55,229 nucleotides of DNA from contig CAZUFC010000051.1 of assembly GCA_964619725.1 (NCBI GenBank), positions 1 to 55,229 on the forward strand. Direction: 5' to 3'. This DNA is from an uncultured bacterium (lineage in GTDB: Bacteria > CSSED10-310 > CAZUFC01). Position 1 is the first letter of the stretch. Every line of letters starts with the position of its first letter. Under the pieces are notes generated by a model, which saw only the letters and a program-made list of their open reading frames with translations, was not told where the DNA came from and did not search any database. Below, in pieces: positions 18,793 through 29,117 of the stretch. The translations under genes were made by a program, and so were the position numbers.

Positions 18793-19392
18793 TCAGTTCC
18801 ATCCCGTGCCCAAAAAGAAAGCCAGTCCGGTTTCCAGAAGCATATCGACCAGCAGTTCCAGGGGCAATCCTACGACATTGGTATATGAGCCCTGAACTGA
18901 TTTAACGAAGACGGCGGCTTTTTCCTGAATTCCATAGCCTCCGGCCTTATCATAGCATTCCCCGGAATCAACGTAATTTTTTATCGCTTGAGTCGAAAGT
19001 TCCCGGAATTCAACCGTGGAAACTTTTAAATCGGAGTGATGTATTCCCTCACTGATGCATTGCAGAGAAAGACCCGTCATAACTTCATGCGTCCGTCCGC
19101 TTAGAGATTTCAGCATGCCGACCGCTTCATCGAAATTTTCCGGTTTTCCTAAAACCCTTCGGTCAAGAACGACCAGAGTATCCGCAGCTAAAACGACCGA
19201 ATCGACAAAAATGGATGCCATTTCACGCGCCTTCCGCTCAGCCAGCGCAGCAGCCTGTTCTTCCGGATCGTAATGACTTATATCCTTCTCAGAGATAGTA
19301 CTCGGCTCAACTTTAAAAGGAATGCCGATCTGCTCAAGAAGCGCTTTTCTCCTGGGCGAACTCGAAGCCAGAATCAGACGCGACCTGTCCAC
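18793..19392 (-). CDS. maf: Maf nucleoside triphosphate pyrophosphatase
   Basis: LILASSSPRR, ADTLV, GKP, LSGRTHEV, DKAGGYGIQ, NVVGLP. GTG at 19392 overlaps the upstream stop. Confidence 0.93.
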   Translation of the reverse strand: MDRSRLILASSSPRRKALLEQIGIPFKVEPSTISEKDISHYDPEEQAAALAERKAREMASIFVDSVVLAADTLVVLDRRVLGKPENFDEAVGMLKSLSGRTHEVMTGLSLQCISEGIHHSDLKVSTVEFRELSTQAIKNYVDSGECYDKAGGYGIQEKAAVFVKSVQGSYTNVVGLPLELLVDMLLETGLAFFLGTGWN

Positions 19393-20423
19393 TATAAACC
19401 CCGAAAGTTTACGGGTTCGCCGCAGTATGCACAACGTCCAGCTTTAATCCGTATGTCGTTTATGCAATAACCTGAACGACTCACAACCTCTTTCCCGCAG
19501 CTCGGACAAAATGTGCTGTTAAGTTCCGATTCCATTACATTGCCTACATAACAGTAATCCAGTTTTTCCAGAGCTTTCCGTCGCGCTTTTGTGAGAGTTT
19601 TTACGGGTGTAGGTTTGATGTTCATTTTGTAATGAGGAAAATAACGGGAAAAATGCAACGGAATGTCGGTTCCCACGGACGCTATAAAATCGATGAGCTC
19701 CTGAATATCCTCATCCGAATCGTTCAACGTCGGGATGATAAGGTTCGTCACTTCAACATGGCAGCCGGCTTCATAGGCTGATTTTATCGTATTCAGAACA
19801 GGCTTCTGGAATCCTGAACAATTTTCCTTGTAGAATTCATCGCGAGAAGATTTCAAATCAATATTCCAGGCGTCTATGAGGGGAAGAAGTTCCTTCAACG
19901 GCCCTTCATTAATCATTCCATTCGTCACCAGCACATTTTTTAAACCTTTGGAATGCAAGGCGGAGGATGCATCAAGCAGAAACTCGAACCATATCAGAGG
20001 TTCCGCGTACGTATAAGCCGTTCCGAAAGAATCATGTTTCAGGCATAATTCGGCTAATTTCTCCGGTGTTATATCCTTTGTCGGCAATTCAGTTTGCGAT
20101 ATTTCCCAGTTCTGACAGAATTTGCATTTCAGATTGCAGCCGTTGTTGCCGATGGACAGTATCCGGCGTCCCGGATGAAAATGATACAAAGGTTTCTTTT
20201 CAATCGGGTCTAAACCCATGCTTACGAAAGACCCGTAATTAACGGCCCTGAGCTCCCCGTTTACATTGCGGCGAGACCGGCAGATTCCCGCTTGGTCAGG
20301 TTTTATAACGCAGTACTGAGGACACAGCATACATCGAACCGTGCCCTCATCAAGTTTTTCATAGTATCTGGCTTCTTTTTCTATGGGAATCACTTCCCTT
20401 CGTTTTTGATTCCGCCGTAGCAA
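19392..20423 (-). CDS. amrS: AmmeMemoRadiSam system radical SAM enzyme
   Basis: CMLCP...C, DPIEKKPLYHFHPG, GCNLKCKFCQNWEISQ, HFSRYFP, YVGN, TFCPSC. Confidence 0.9.
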   Translation of the reverse strand: MLRRNQKRREVIPIEKEARYYEKLDEGTVRCMLCPQYCVIKPDQAGICRSRRNVNGELRAVNYGSFVSMGLDPIEKKPLYHFHPGRRILSIGNNGCNLKCKFCQNWEISQTELPTKDITPEKLAELCLKHDSFGTAYTYAEPLIWFEFLLDASSALHSKGLKNVLVTNGMINEGPLKELLPLIDAWNIDLKSSRDEFYKENCSGFQKPVLNTIKSAYEAGCHVEVTNLIIPTLNDSDEDIQELIDFIASVGTDIPLHFSRYFPHYKMNIKPTPVKTLTKARRKALEKLDYCYVGNVMESELNSTFCPSCGKEVVSRSGYCINDIRIKAGRCAYCGEPVNFRGL

Positions 20424-20481
20424 ATTGTGAACATCGTCGGTTTTAATATAGAACTTTAACTAAAAAGAGGTGTCCTTCGGA

Positions 20482-22449
20482 TTACATGCCTCCGCCGCCC
20501 ATAGGCATTCTGACTCTGGCATCCGCATAATCCGCCAGATCAAAGAAACGGTCGCCGAAAGTCACTTTATACTCTTCGGCTTTTTCTTCCAGCCAGTTGT
20601 TCATTACGCTTTGTTGCCTTCTCGACAGCAGACTGGTCCGTAATTGCGCCAGCGTTTCAGCGTTTTCTTCTGATTCGGGATCAGCTTTTATCAGGTCGAC
20701 CAGTTTATAAATGACGAAATGACGGCCTGTATCGATCAAACTTCCTATCTGGCCGGGTTCCATTTCAAATGCCTCATTGATCAGTTCTTCTGAACTGCCT
20801 ACCTGCGAAATGTATCTCGTGATTTTATTGAACGGTTGAGGTTCCACCAGCTCAAATTCCTTCTCTTCAGCCAATGCAGCGAAATCCTCTGCAGCCTTGA
20901 ACTCTTCCAATAATTGCTGAGCTTTCTCGGCTACGGTTTCTCTTTTCTTTTCAGCGACTAAATCCTTCCTTGCGTTTTCCTTTACCTGCTCGAATTCAGG
21001 AATATACGAATCTACTTCTCTCTCAAAGGCAGCAATGAAGTATCCGTTGTTCGTTTTCAGAACTGGGGATATGGGTTCGCTTTTTACGTTTTTCAAATAT
21101 CCCGTCAATTCTTTGGAATAACCGAATTCTGAAGGTCCACGCTTTTCGGCAAAAGGTTCCGTCTCCTGGAGAACGAAATCGGAGTTTTGAGCGACGGCTT
21201 CTAAAGTCTGTAATTCAAAGAATTGATCGTAAAGCCGGTTGACATCCCTTTCGGCCGCTAATTCAGCTTTTTCATCCGTTAAAGTGATTTTTATATCCTC
21301 ACGGACTTCATCCAATGTCTTCTTTGATTCTTCTTTTTTATCTTCCTTTTTGACTATGTGCCAGCCGAATTGAGTCAGTATCGGTTCGGATATTTCACCG
21401 GCTTCCATCTCAAACGCCTTCTTGTCAAATTCTTCAACCATTTGACCTCGGGAAAAGAATCCTAAATCCCCGCCCTTTTCTTTCGAGCCGGGGTCTTCGG
21501 AATATTCCTTCGCCAATTCGGCGAAATCAGCATCTTCTTCTTTCAGCTTCGCAGCTATTTCATCAATTTTTTCCTTGGCCTTCTGTTTTTCTTCTTCAGG
21601 AGCCTCCTGCGGGACCTTGATCAATATATGCCGGGCTTTGACCTGTTCCGGAACGACATAATCCTGTTCATTTTCTTTGTAATAATTTTCTATCTCCTCG
21701 TCGGTCACCACAACCTCTTTTTCATATTTTTCTGGATCGACTTGAATATATTTCAGGACTATTTTATCCGGTTCGCGGTAATTTTCCTCGTTTTCCTCAA
21801 AAAATTCCTTCACTTCCTCCTCGGTAACTTCAATTTCTTCTTCATAATCTGAAACTTTAACAAGAACCGCTTTTATTTCCGCTTTGTCGTTTCTTCTGTG
21901 AAACTCATTAATAATTTCCTTTTCCGAAAGCACCACAGTGCTTGTGACGGTATCTCTAATCTGGTTGACGATAATTTGATTTCTGACGCTTTCCTCATAT
22001 TCCGAAGGCGACAGCCTGCTCATGCTGAGAATTCTGCGGTATCGGTCCAAGCTGAATCTTCCGTTTTCCTGAAAAGCCGGCGTTGATCTGATGGTTTGGA
22101 AAATTTCGTCTTCATTCGCTTTGAAACCATGTTTTTCCGCTTCTCTGAGCATAATATTCTCTTCAATAATGCCTTTCACGGCCAGTTTTTCGATGGTGTC
22201 CCGGTCCATCATGTCCTGGTAGCGTTCGCCGTACATATTGCGGAGCATCTGATTATACCTGTCGATTTCTTTTAAAAAGTATTCATAAGATACGGCAGTA
22301 TCGCCGATCTGGACGACAACGTTTTCTCTTGCCGGACCTGTGCTGCCGCGGCCCCATACGAGAAAAATGGTTCCGACGAAAGCAATGATGACCGGCCAAA
22401 GAGCAAATTTACTCAAAATTTTTAATTTATTTCTCATTGTAGCTAGCAT
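20482..22449 (-). CDS. ppiD: PpiD-like periplasmic folding chaperone (SurA N domain + parvulin)
   Basis: N-terminal TM, FQENGRF, parvulin motifs [31 protein letters not shown]. Confidence 0.88.
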   Translation of the reverse strand: MLATMRNKLKILSKFALWPVIIAFVGTIFLVWGRGSTGPARENVVVQIGDTAVSYEYFLKEIDRYNQMLRNMYGERYQDMMDRDTIEKLAVKGIIEENIMLREAEKHGFKANEDEIFQTIRSTPAFQENGRFSLDRYRRILSMSRLSPSEYEESVRNQIIVNQIRDTVTSTVVLSEKEIINEFHRRNDKAEIKAVLVKVSDYEEEIEVTEEEVKEFFEENEENYREPDKIVLKYIQVDPEKYEKEVVVTDEEIENYYKENEQDYVVPEQVKARHILIKVPQEAPEEEKQKAKEKIDEIAAKLKEEDADFAELAKEYSEDPGSKEKGGDLGFFSRGQMVEEFDKKAFEMEAGEISEPILTQFGWHIVKKEDKKEESKKTLDEVREDIKITLTDEKAELAAERDVNRLYDQFFELQTLEAVAQNSDFVLQETEPFAEKRGPSEFGYSKELTGYLKNVKSEPISPVLKTNNGYFIAAFEREVDSYIPEFEQVKENARKDLVAEKKRETVAEKAQQLLEEFKAAEDFAALAEEKEFELVEPQPFNKITRYISQVGSSEELINEAFEMEPGQIGSLIDTGRHFVIYKLVDLIKADPESEENAETLAQLRTSLLSRRQQSVMNNWLEEKAEEYKVTFGDRFFDLADYADARVRMPMGGGGM

Positions 22450-22517
22450 GGGTATTTCTCCTTCAAATATATTTTGGATCGCTGCGAGAGCTGCAAAGCA
22501 GAACCTGCAGTCCAGGG

Positions 22518-23093
22518 CTAAAACGCCGCATGCCCCGGAACGGCAATCGTCAATGAACTGAAGATGCCGAAAAGTAATATGCCGAAAAGAAGACAGATGG
22601 GAAGCGCAACGACTCCCACTGCTTTCAACAGATTAAAACGATATACTTCCTGAACGGAACGAATAACCAGAAAGAAAGTCCAGAGCCCCAGGATAACTTT
22701 AACGACCGTAATTTCAGCGCCTGATGCCATACCTGTAATGTAATGAATCAGCGACAGAGGGAGCAAAAACAACAAGGGCGCTGAAGAGAGGAAAAAGAGA
22801 TTGCCGAGCGCCTTACCGCTGCCGCCGCCGCCCATTGCATCCGCAAAGAAATGGCATAATCCCGTGAATATCGTTATAAGCAGACAGCTCAAACAGAAGT
22901 TCACGATTATATGCAATAAAAAGTATCCCGGATGAGTGGGGTAAGCATAGTTCGTACCGAACAGCAAATCGGATAATCCGTTGCTCCAGACCGCCAGAAA
23001 AAATACGCCGAGAGCAGCGACTAAAGGTTTCCTGGCGATAATGTTGCGAATAGATTCCGTCGGTTTAAAAAGCACTCCCGCAATCCAATCCAT
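22518..23093 (-). CDS. Yip1-like multi-pass membrane protein
   Basis: VLFKP near the start, about five hydrophobic segments, MGGGGS loop. AGGAGG RBS before ATG at 23093. Confidence 0.7.
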   Translation of the reverse strand: MDWIAGVLFKPTESIRNIIARKPLVAALGVFFLAVWSNGLSDLLFGTNYAYPTHPGYFLLHIIVNFCLSCLLITIFTGLCHFFADAMGGGGSGKALGNLFFLSSAPLLFLLPLSLIHYITGMASGAEITVVKVILGLWTFFLVIRSVQEVYRFNLLKAVGVVALPICLLFGILLFGIFSSLTIAVPGHAAF

Positions 23094-23376
23094 TATTAAC
23101 CTCCTGAGCCTCAAAAAGGCACGCTGTCTTCTAACATAAGAAGTGAAATAAGTCAAGCATTGAGAGAACCATATGAAACGCCTTAGTATGAACCCAATTT
23201 CAGGTCATTTATGGATATGAAACTGGAGCTGCTGTCCTGGGGATCGAGTTTATTTACACGTGCAGGGAGTTCTCTACTCAAGTCCTTACTGCCGATTCAG
23301 AAGGATTGATTCCTCAGATTGAGCTGAAGAAGCCTGGATAGAAGAGGTGCGCCGAACGATCAGACGATGATATTTT

Positions 23377-26300
23377 TTACCTTAAGTTCAAATAAGGCCA
23401 CATTTTCGATTCATTACCCGCTTCATCTTTCGCTATTATTTCCAGACGATAAAGAGCCGTCGGCAGCATTTCTTTTTGCAGGTCGATGGTGATGCCGTAG
23501 AAACCGTCGTTATCTCCGAAAAATCCCTCATCGGTTAACTCAAGACCTGTATCGATGCCGTCATAGCATAATTCGACGGACTCCAGATCGCCGTCGACGT
23601 CAGTAACGAAAGCCAGGAGCGTCAAGGTTCCATCCTCAGAAAATTTCACACTCGTATCCCAGTAACCGCCGAGCAGAAGTTTCGGGCCTGTCGATATTTT
23701 AGAATAGAATCCTGTATTTTCGAGGGTATTTCTGAATTTTTTCCAGGGGATAACCTGTGTTCGCTGCCTGGAACTGAGATTCAGGAGGTAGGAATGGGCG
23801 TCCATTGTAGAGAAGGCGATTTCCAGGTCGCCGTCCGCGTCTACGTCATCGATGCTGGGTGAGGAAAAAACTTCGCCTTCAAATTGAACAGGCCATCCGG
23901 GAGCGAAGGAGCCGTTGTAATTGAGGGCGCTGAGTGATTGCCCGGAGGAGCCGATGACGACTTCGTTATAACCGTCGTCGTCGATATCGGCGATTGCAGG
24001 AGAAGAATAGACCCTGCCTCCGGTTTCAACCGGCCAGCCGTCCAACAGATTTCCGTTCAAGTCATAAGCCGCTACGACTCCTGTATCTCCGCCTTCTTCC
24101 CCCAGGCAACCGATAGCGATTTCAGGGCTTCCGTCGCCGTTCAGGTCGCCGATTGCGGGAGAGGAATAACAAGAATTCGGCGGAATGACGGGCCAGCCGG
24201 GAAAGCATGTGCCGTCATGATGCCAGATGTAAAGCCTGTTGCCCGGATCGAGCGCGCTGTAATCGCCGCATCCGACGATAATTTCCAGGTCGCCGTCCTG
24301 GTCGAGATCAGCCAGGGCAGGAGAAGAATAAACCTGGTTCTCCGCAATTTTCGGCCAGCCGGGATACCTGGTTCCGTCCGGTTTGAATATCTCAACTTTG
24401 CCGATCTCAGGATTCTCCAGACTCTCGTCTTTAACTCCTACCACTATTTCCGGTTCGCCGTCAGCGTCAATGTCACCAACGGCTGCAGAACTGAAAATAT
24501 CGTTGCCGACCGATTGCGGCCAACCCGGATAACATGTCCCATTATGACGGAAGATATGAAGTTGATTGTCGTAACTTCCGATAATAACTTCGAGTTTTCC
24601 GTCGTCGTCTAAATCGTAAAGCGCCGGCGCTGACTTGAATTCTCCGTTCACGCATGCCGGCCAGCCAGATTGTGCCGTTCCGTCCGCGTTGAAAACGTAA
24701 ATGCATCCGGTAGGATCATTGCCTACCCAGTAATAAGCCGGCAATACAATCTCATCAACGCCGTCGCCGTCAATGTCTCCTACTCCCGGCGACGATATGA
24801 CGGCAAAATCCGTTTCAGGATCAAGCTGAACCGGCCATCCTTCATTTTCTTCCCCGTTTATGTTCAATACATGCAATGTTCCCGAATCGTCGCCCACGAT
24901 TATCTCTTTTAATCCGTCATCGTCGATGTCGGCCAGGACGCTTGAACCGTATACGCCGAATGATTCGAATTTTACCGGCCAGTTGCGGAATCCGGGATAC
25001 GGATGATTTATAAACATCGGCAATTCGACCGTCCTGACCGTATCCTGCGTCGTTATCTCAAATTCCAGCGCCGTCTCCGTATTATACGGCACATTATCTT
25101 TGACGCTGAATAGGATGGCCGAGGAAGCTTCCGCCTCTGCCTTCGAAGTCAGATCACAGACGTCCGTTTCCGGATTCGTCAGATTGATGTAAGGATTCGT
25201 ATCTAAAAGCTCTACTTCAATATCAGATGCCGCTTTCCAGGACTGATTCTTGAAAAACAGACTCAATTCTATCTCCTCGCCTGAGTCCAGATAGCCGTTT
25301 ACCCGGTGACTGCAGCTCTCATTAACGTCTTCCACCACCCAGTCAATTATCTCTAAATAAGAAGTCGGAACCGCTGCATAAAGTAGATTGATGCGGCCGG
25401 CCCCTAACTCGCCGGTAAATTCCGGGTTCAAATGATCCACATTGTCGCATGAAGATTTTATCCTGCTTTTCACCTGATCCGGCGTCAAATCAGGATCACA
25501 GCTTAAAATTAATCCGGCCAGTCCCGCTACGTGAGGTGAAGCCATGGAAGTTCCGCTGGCGTTGCTGTATGTGTGCTCTCCATCCTCCCAATAAGTGCTG
25601 TATATCGGATCGCCCGGCGCCAGTACGTCCAGGTTGACTCCGTAGTTCGAAGACATTGATTTTGTGTCGAAACGCGTGGATGAACCGACCGTTATTACCT
25701 TTTCATAACCTCCGGGAAAATCGCACACAGGATCACCTATGCCGTCCGCTCCTCCGTTGCCCGATGCCCCGGCCATAACCACTCCGGCAGCATAAGCATA
25801 ATCAACGGCATCCGATTCCAACTGATGCGGCGAACCCGAATGACCGTAACTCATGTTTATCACACGAGCTCCGTTGTCCGCCGCATAACAAATGCCGGCT
25901 GCGGAGTTTTGGACCGATCCGCCGCCGCCGGCGCTTAAAGTCTTTAATGCCATTAGACTGCAGTTCCACGCCACTCCTGCTATCCCTTTGCCGTTATTCG
26001 TCACTGCAGATGCTATGCCGCCTACATGAGTGCCGTGAGAATTATCATCCATCGGACATCCGTCATTGTTTACGAAATCATAGCCATAATAATCATCTAT
26101 ATAACCGTTGCCGTCATCATCTATTCCGTTGCCCGGTTGTTCATCCTCGTTACGCCACATGTTCGCGTGAAGGTCAGGATGATTGATGTCTACGCCCGTA
26201 TCTATTATGGCAATCGGGACGGATGCATCGCCGTGCACGTAATCCCATCCCTGGAACGCCATTATTTGTTCCAATGCCCACTGGTTCTCCAGGCATGGAT

Positions 26301-26736
26301 CATTCGGAGTTTCTAAAGCATATACATAAATGTTGGGCTCTGCATGCTCGACGTTCCCGGATTCCAATACCTGACGCCGCACGCTCATTACATCCAGCCC
26401 GGCATCAAATTCCAACTTGTACCAACGCAATAAAGCGCTTTCACCGGAAACTGATGCAAAATTCCCCCGGAGCGCTCGCTCGAAACTGAAAAATTTGTCC
26501 GCCCCCGATTCTATCCCTACATCCTTCAAACGATCGCCTAATGACTTGCGCACCGAAATCTCGATCCCAGGACGCAACCTTATCAGTAACTCACCTTCAA
26601 TATATTCGCTGTCGATAAACCGCGATTCAATTACCGAACATATACCCGATACGTTCATAAAAAACACTGAAACAACGACCGCTAAGCCTGTAAACAATAA
26701 TCCTCTCATCCTCTTCATCTCTTTATTAACCTCCAT
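23377..26736 (-). CDS. Secreted S8 (subtilisin/thermitase-like) protease with FG-GAP/VCBS-like repeats
   Basis: Signal peptide and propeptide. Triad IIDTG / HGTHVGG / GTSMASP. Repeated SSPxxxDxDxDGxxEI and GWP units. About 100-aa C-terminal domain. Confidence 0.93.
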   Translation of the reverse strand: MEVNKEMKRMRGLLFTGLAVVVSVFFMNVSGICSVIESRFIDSEYIEGELLIRLRPGIEISVRKSLGDRLKDVGIESGADKFFSFERALRGNFASVSGESALLRWYKLEFDAGLDVMSVRRQVLESGNVEHAEPNIYVYALETPNDPCLENQWALEQIMAFQGWDYVHGDASVPIAIIDTGVDINHPDLHANMWRNEDEQPGNGIDDDGNGYIDDYYGYDFVNNDGCPMDDNSHGTHVGGIASAVTNNGKGIAGVAWNCSLMALKTLSAGGGGSVQNSAAGICYAADNGARVINMSYGHSGSPHQLESDAVDYAYAAGVVMAGASGNGGADGIGDPVCDFPGGYEKVITVGSSTRFDTKSMSSNYGVNLDVLAPGDPIYSTYWEDGEHTYSNASGTSMASPHVAGLAGLILSCDPDLTPDQVKSRIKSSCDNVDHLNPEFTGELGAGRINLLYAAVPTSYLEIIDWVVEDVNESCSHRVNGYLDSGEEIELSLFFKNQSWKAASDIEVELLDTNPYINLTNPETDVCDLTSKAEAEASSAILFSVKDNVPYNTETALEFEITTQDTVRTVELPMFINHPYPGFRNWPVKFESFGVYGSSVLADIDDDGLKEIIVGDDSGTLHVLNINGEENEGWPVQLDPETDFAVISSPGVGDIDGDGVDEIVLPAYYWVGNDPTGCIYVFNADGTAQSGWPACVNGEFKSAPALYDLDDDGKLEVIIGSYDNQLHIFRHNGTCYPGWPQSVGNDIFSSAAVGDIDADGEPEIVVGVKDESLENPEIGKVEIFKPDGTRYPGWPKIAENQVYSSPALADLDQDGDLEIIVGCGDYSALDPGNRLYIWHHDGTCFPGWPVIPPNSCYSSPAIGDLNGDGSPEIAIGCLGEEGGDTGVVAAYDLNGNLLDGWPVETGGRVYSSPAIADIDDDGYNEVVIGSSGQSLSALNYNGSFAPGWPVQFEGEVFSSPSIDDVDADGDLEIAFSTMDAHSYLLNLSSRQRTQVIPWKKFRNTLENTGFYSKISTGPKLLLGGYWDTSVKFSEDGTLTLLAFVTDVDGDLESVELCYDGIDTGLELTDEGFFGDNDGFYGITIDLQKEMLPTALYRLEIIAKDEAGNESKMWPYLNLR

Positions 26737-27196
26737 GGAAATTCTTTCTTCATTAACGAGTCACCCTCAACACTCCTAACATATAATCATCTCAGTTGCA
26801 ACTTTTCACTTGCTTTCCACGCTTCAGACGGTTTATATGAATTGTTCTTGATTTTTTTTCGCAGCGTACACTTTTTCGGCATATGAATTGCTTCTCTTGT
26901 TTGGCGAGTTTGGAGATCATGATGAACGCATTACTTCGACATAGAGACAATGAAAAGCACAGCTTGATCCAAAACGCAATTTATTCGGTTTTTGGGGGAG
27001 GGCAGAGGTTGGAGCTTCATAATTCTCACCAAAAAATGTCCTTACATTCAATCCGCACGATTCCGAATCGAAAACGCTGCAACAGCAAAACTCGATTCGC
27101 CGCCATTAATACTTTCGGGAACATTAACTTCCGGAAAGTCTCTCCTTTTTTGCCTGACCTTTGGATAAACCCTTGTTAACCGTTTATTTTCACCGG

Positions 27197-27232
27197 AAAA
27201 GGGTTCGGGGGAGTCCTCGAACCTTTTTTTTT
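27197..27232. terminator. Intrinsic terminator-like hairpin (possibly bidirectional)
   Basis: aaaagggttcgggg-gagt-cctcgaacc followed by a T run. No gene ends nearby. Confidence 0.4.
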
Positions 27233-27568
27233 GTACCTGAAAAATCAAAAAAATCCTCCACAAAAAAATTAATAACTCAATCAAAAATTTCTTATCATAA
27301 ATTGCAATAAATTAAAAAATTATCAAAATTAACATTTTTGCCAAATTTATAAAATTTTTCACGAACACTTTTTCAAACATGACCGTACGCATTCGAACAC
27401 TTTCGAACGTACGCTCTTTCTGGATGCCGGATGCTGGACATCAGGCATGCATTCTCATCAGGCAGGCAGGAATAGATGATTGTTTTTTAGGAGGGTTACA
27501 GCAATGAAATAAAGGTTTGAGTTTTAACATCAGTGTTCTATAATCAATTGCGGAAAGGAATCACGCTG

Positions 27569-28327
27569 ATGAAACTTGAAGGCAAGAGGATTTTGTTCAT
27601 ATCAGACGCGCATCTTGATCCCAGGGAGCCGGAACGGACGCGCCGCCTGCTTTTGTTGTTGAATTCGTTCCAGAATCGAGTTGATGCGGTTTTCATCCTG
27701 GGCGATTTATTTGAATTCTGGTTCGGCTATCAGTATGTGATATTTTATCATTACGTGGACATAATCTTTAAGCTATTGGAATTAAAGCAGAAGGGGATTG
27801 AATTATATTACGTGGTGGGGAATCATGATTTTTCATTGGGACCTGTATTTTCGAAGTTTTTGTCAGCGAAGATATTCGAGGCGCCGGTCAAGGTGAACAT
27901 AGACGGTATGAACGTACATATGGAGCACGGCGATCTGATAAACCGGCGTGACATCGGTTACCGGTTTTTCTGCAAGTTAGTGAGGAACAAGCTGGCACAG
28001 GCGGCATTCCGCTGGGTGCATCCTGATATAGGATGGAGGGTTGCGAAGTTGTTATCGAAAACGAGCCGGAAGTATATTTCCCGACGTAAGCGAGTGATCG
28101 CCGAGGTTTATGACGAATATTTACGGAACAGGGCTGAAGAGGGTGTCGACGTGGTAATCCATGGTCACTTTCACGAGGTTTACAAGGAGGAGAGGACTTA
28201 CGGAGATAAGAGTCTGACGGTGATCAATCCTGGTGATTGGTTATTCAATTTTTCGTTTGTTTACTATTCGGGCGGGCGATTTGAGATCAGGCATTGGAAA
28301 TCCGAGATGGAGATGATCCGGCGATGA
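27569..28327 (+). CDS. lpxH: UDP-2,3-diacylglucosamine diphosphatase (LpxH-like metallophosphoesterase)
   Basis: SDAHL, GDLFEFW, GNHD, HGD, GHFH, NPGDW. AAGGA RBS before ATG at 27569. Confidence 0.82.
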   Translation: MKLEGKRILFISDAHLDPREPERTRRLLLLLNSFQNRVDAVFILGDLFEFWFGYQYVIFYHYVDIIFKLLELKQKGIELYYVVGNHDFSLGPVFSKFLSAKIFEAPVKVNIDGMNVHMEHGDLINRRDIGYRFFCKLVRNKLAQAAFRWVHPDIGWRVAKLLSKTSRKYISRRKRVIAEVYDEYLRNRAEEGVDVVIHGHFHEVYKEERTYGDKSLTVINPGDWLFNFSFVYYSGGRFEIRHWKSEMEMIRR

Positions 28328-29088
28328 GGAGAGAGAAGAAGGGCGTGAAGGGTAATTGGAGATGGTGGTATGAGCATGTATTAGATTTGTTTTTTCCCCG
28401 TTATTGCATATTTTGCGGAGAGACGGCATCGGGTCGTCATTGGGGATTATTATGCGACCGTTGCCGAGTGCGGATAAAGCGGATAAGGGGAATAATCTGC
28501 TTTAAATGCGGCATCAATTTGCCGGACCGTCCGCCGGGTGAAGGCGAGGTAATTTGCGCTTTTTGCAGGGAAAGGCGACCGGGTTTCGATAAGGCGAGGG
28601 CTTTTGCGGATTATCACGAAGGGGAGGTAATAAAAAATTTAATTCTCCAGTTAAAATATTCTGATCGTATTGATTTTGCGCCTGTGTTAGGCGAATTTTT
28701 AACAGAAGCGCATAAGCATTTTTATCCTGAAAAGCAAGACCTGATCATGGCGGTTCCTTTGCACGCAAAGCGCGAACGAGAGCGCGGCTATAATCAATCA
28801 GAACTTTTAGCGGAAATCGTTTCGAGGCAGGCGGAAATTCCTTTGTTGAAGGGAGGGCTTAAACGTTGGAGAGCCACGTCGGTTCAGAGCGGCAATTATG
28901 AAAAGAGGCGGGCGAACGTGAAGGGTTGTTTTGAGGTGAACAAACCGGATGCGATAAAGGGCAAAAACATACTTTTGATAGACGACGTTTTCACGACCGG
29001 CGCGACTGTGGGCGAATGCGCTTCGAGCCTGAAGCAATCGGGCGCTGATCGGGTTGAAGTATTGACATTGGCGAGGGCCGGATTCTAA
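28324..29088 (+). CDS. comF: ComF family protein (double zinc ribbon + PRTase)
   Basis: CxxC pairs, LKY, VPLH...RERGYNQSE, LLIDDVFTTGAT. Confidence 0.92.
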   Translation: MRREKKGVKGNWRWWYEHVLDLFFPRYCIFCGETASGRHWGLLCDRCRVRIKRIRGIICFKCGINLPDRPPGEGEVICAFCRERRPGFDKARAFADYHEGEVIKNLILQLKYSDRIDFAPVLGEFLTEAHKHFYPEKQDLIMAVPLHAKRERERGYNQSELLAEIVSRQAEIPLLKGGLKRWRATSVQSGNYEKRRANVKGCFEVNKPDAIKGKNILLIDDVFTTGATVGECASSLKQSGADRVEVLTLARAGF

Positions 29089-29117
29089 AAATTTCTAACA
29101 ATTCGAATAATTACGAA

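Noticed and set aside
23938-24612. Long antisense ORFs (this one and others such as 51256-51768 and 53416-53940)
   Set aside because: Shadow frames opposite well-supported genes.
23760-24960. DNA repeat array or CRISPR
   Set aside because: The periodicity comes from FG-GAP-like protein repeats. No identical repeats with spacers.
26883-27284. ORFs 26883-27179 and 27048-27284
   Set aside because: No recognisable features. Likely chance ORFs in an intergenic region.
27362-27414. LexA (SOS) box
   Set aside because: The GAAC spacing fits neither GAAC-N4-GTTC exactly nor GAAC-N7-GAAC.
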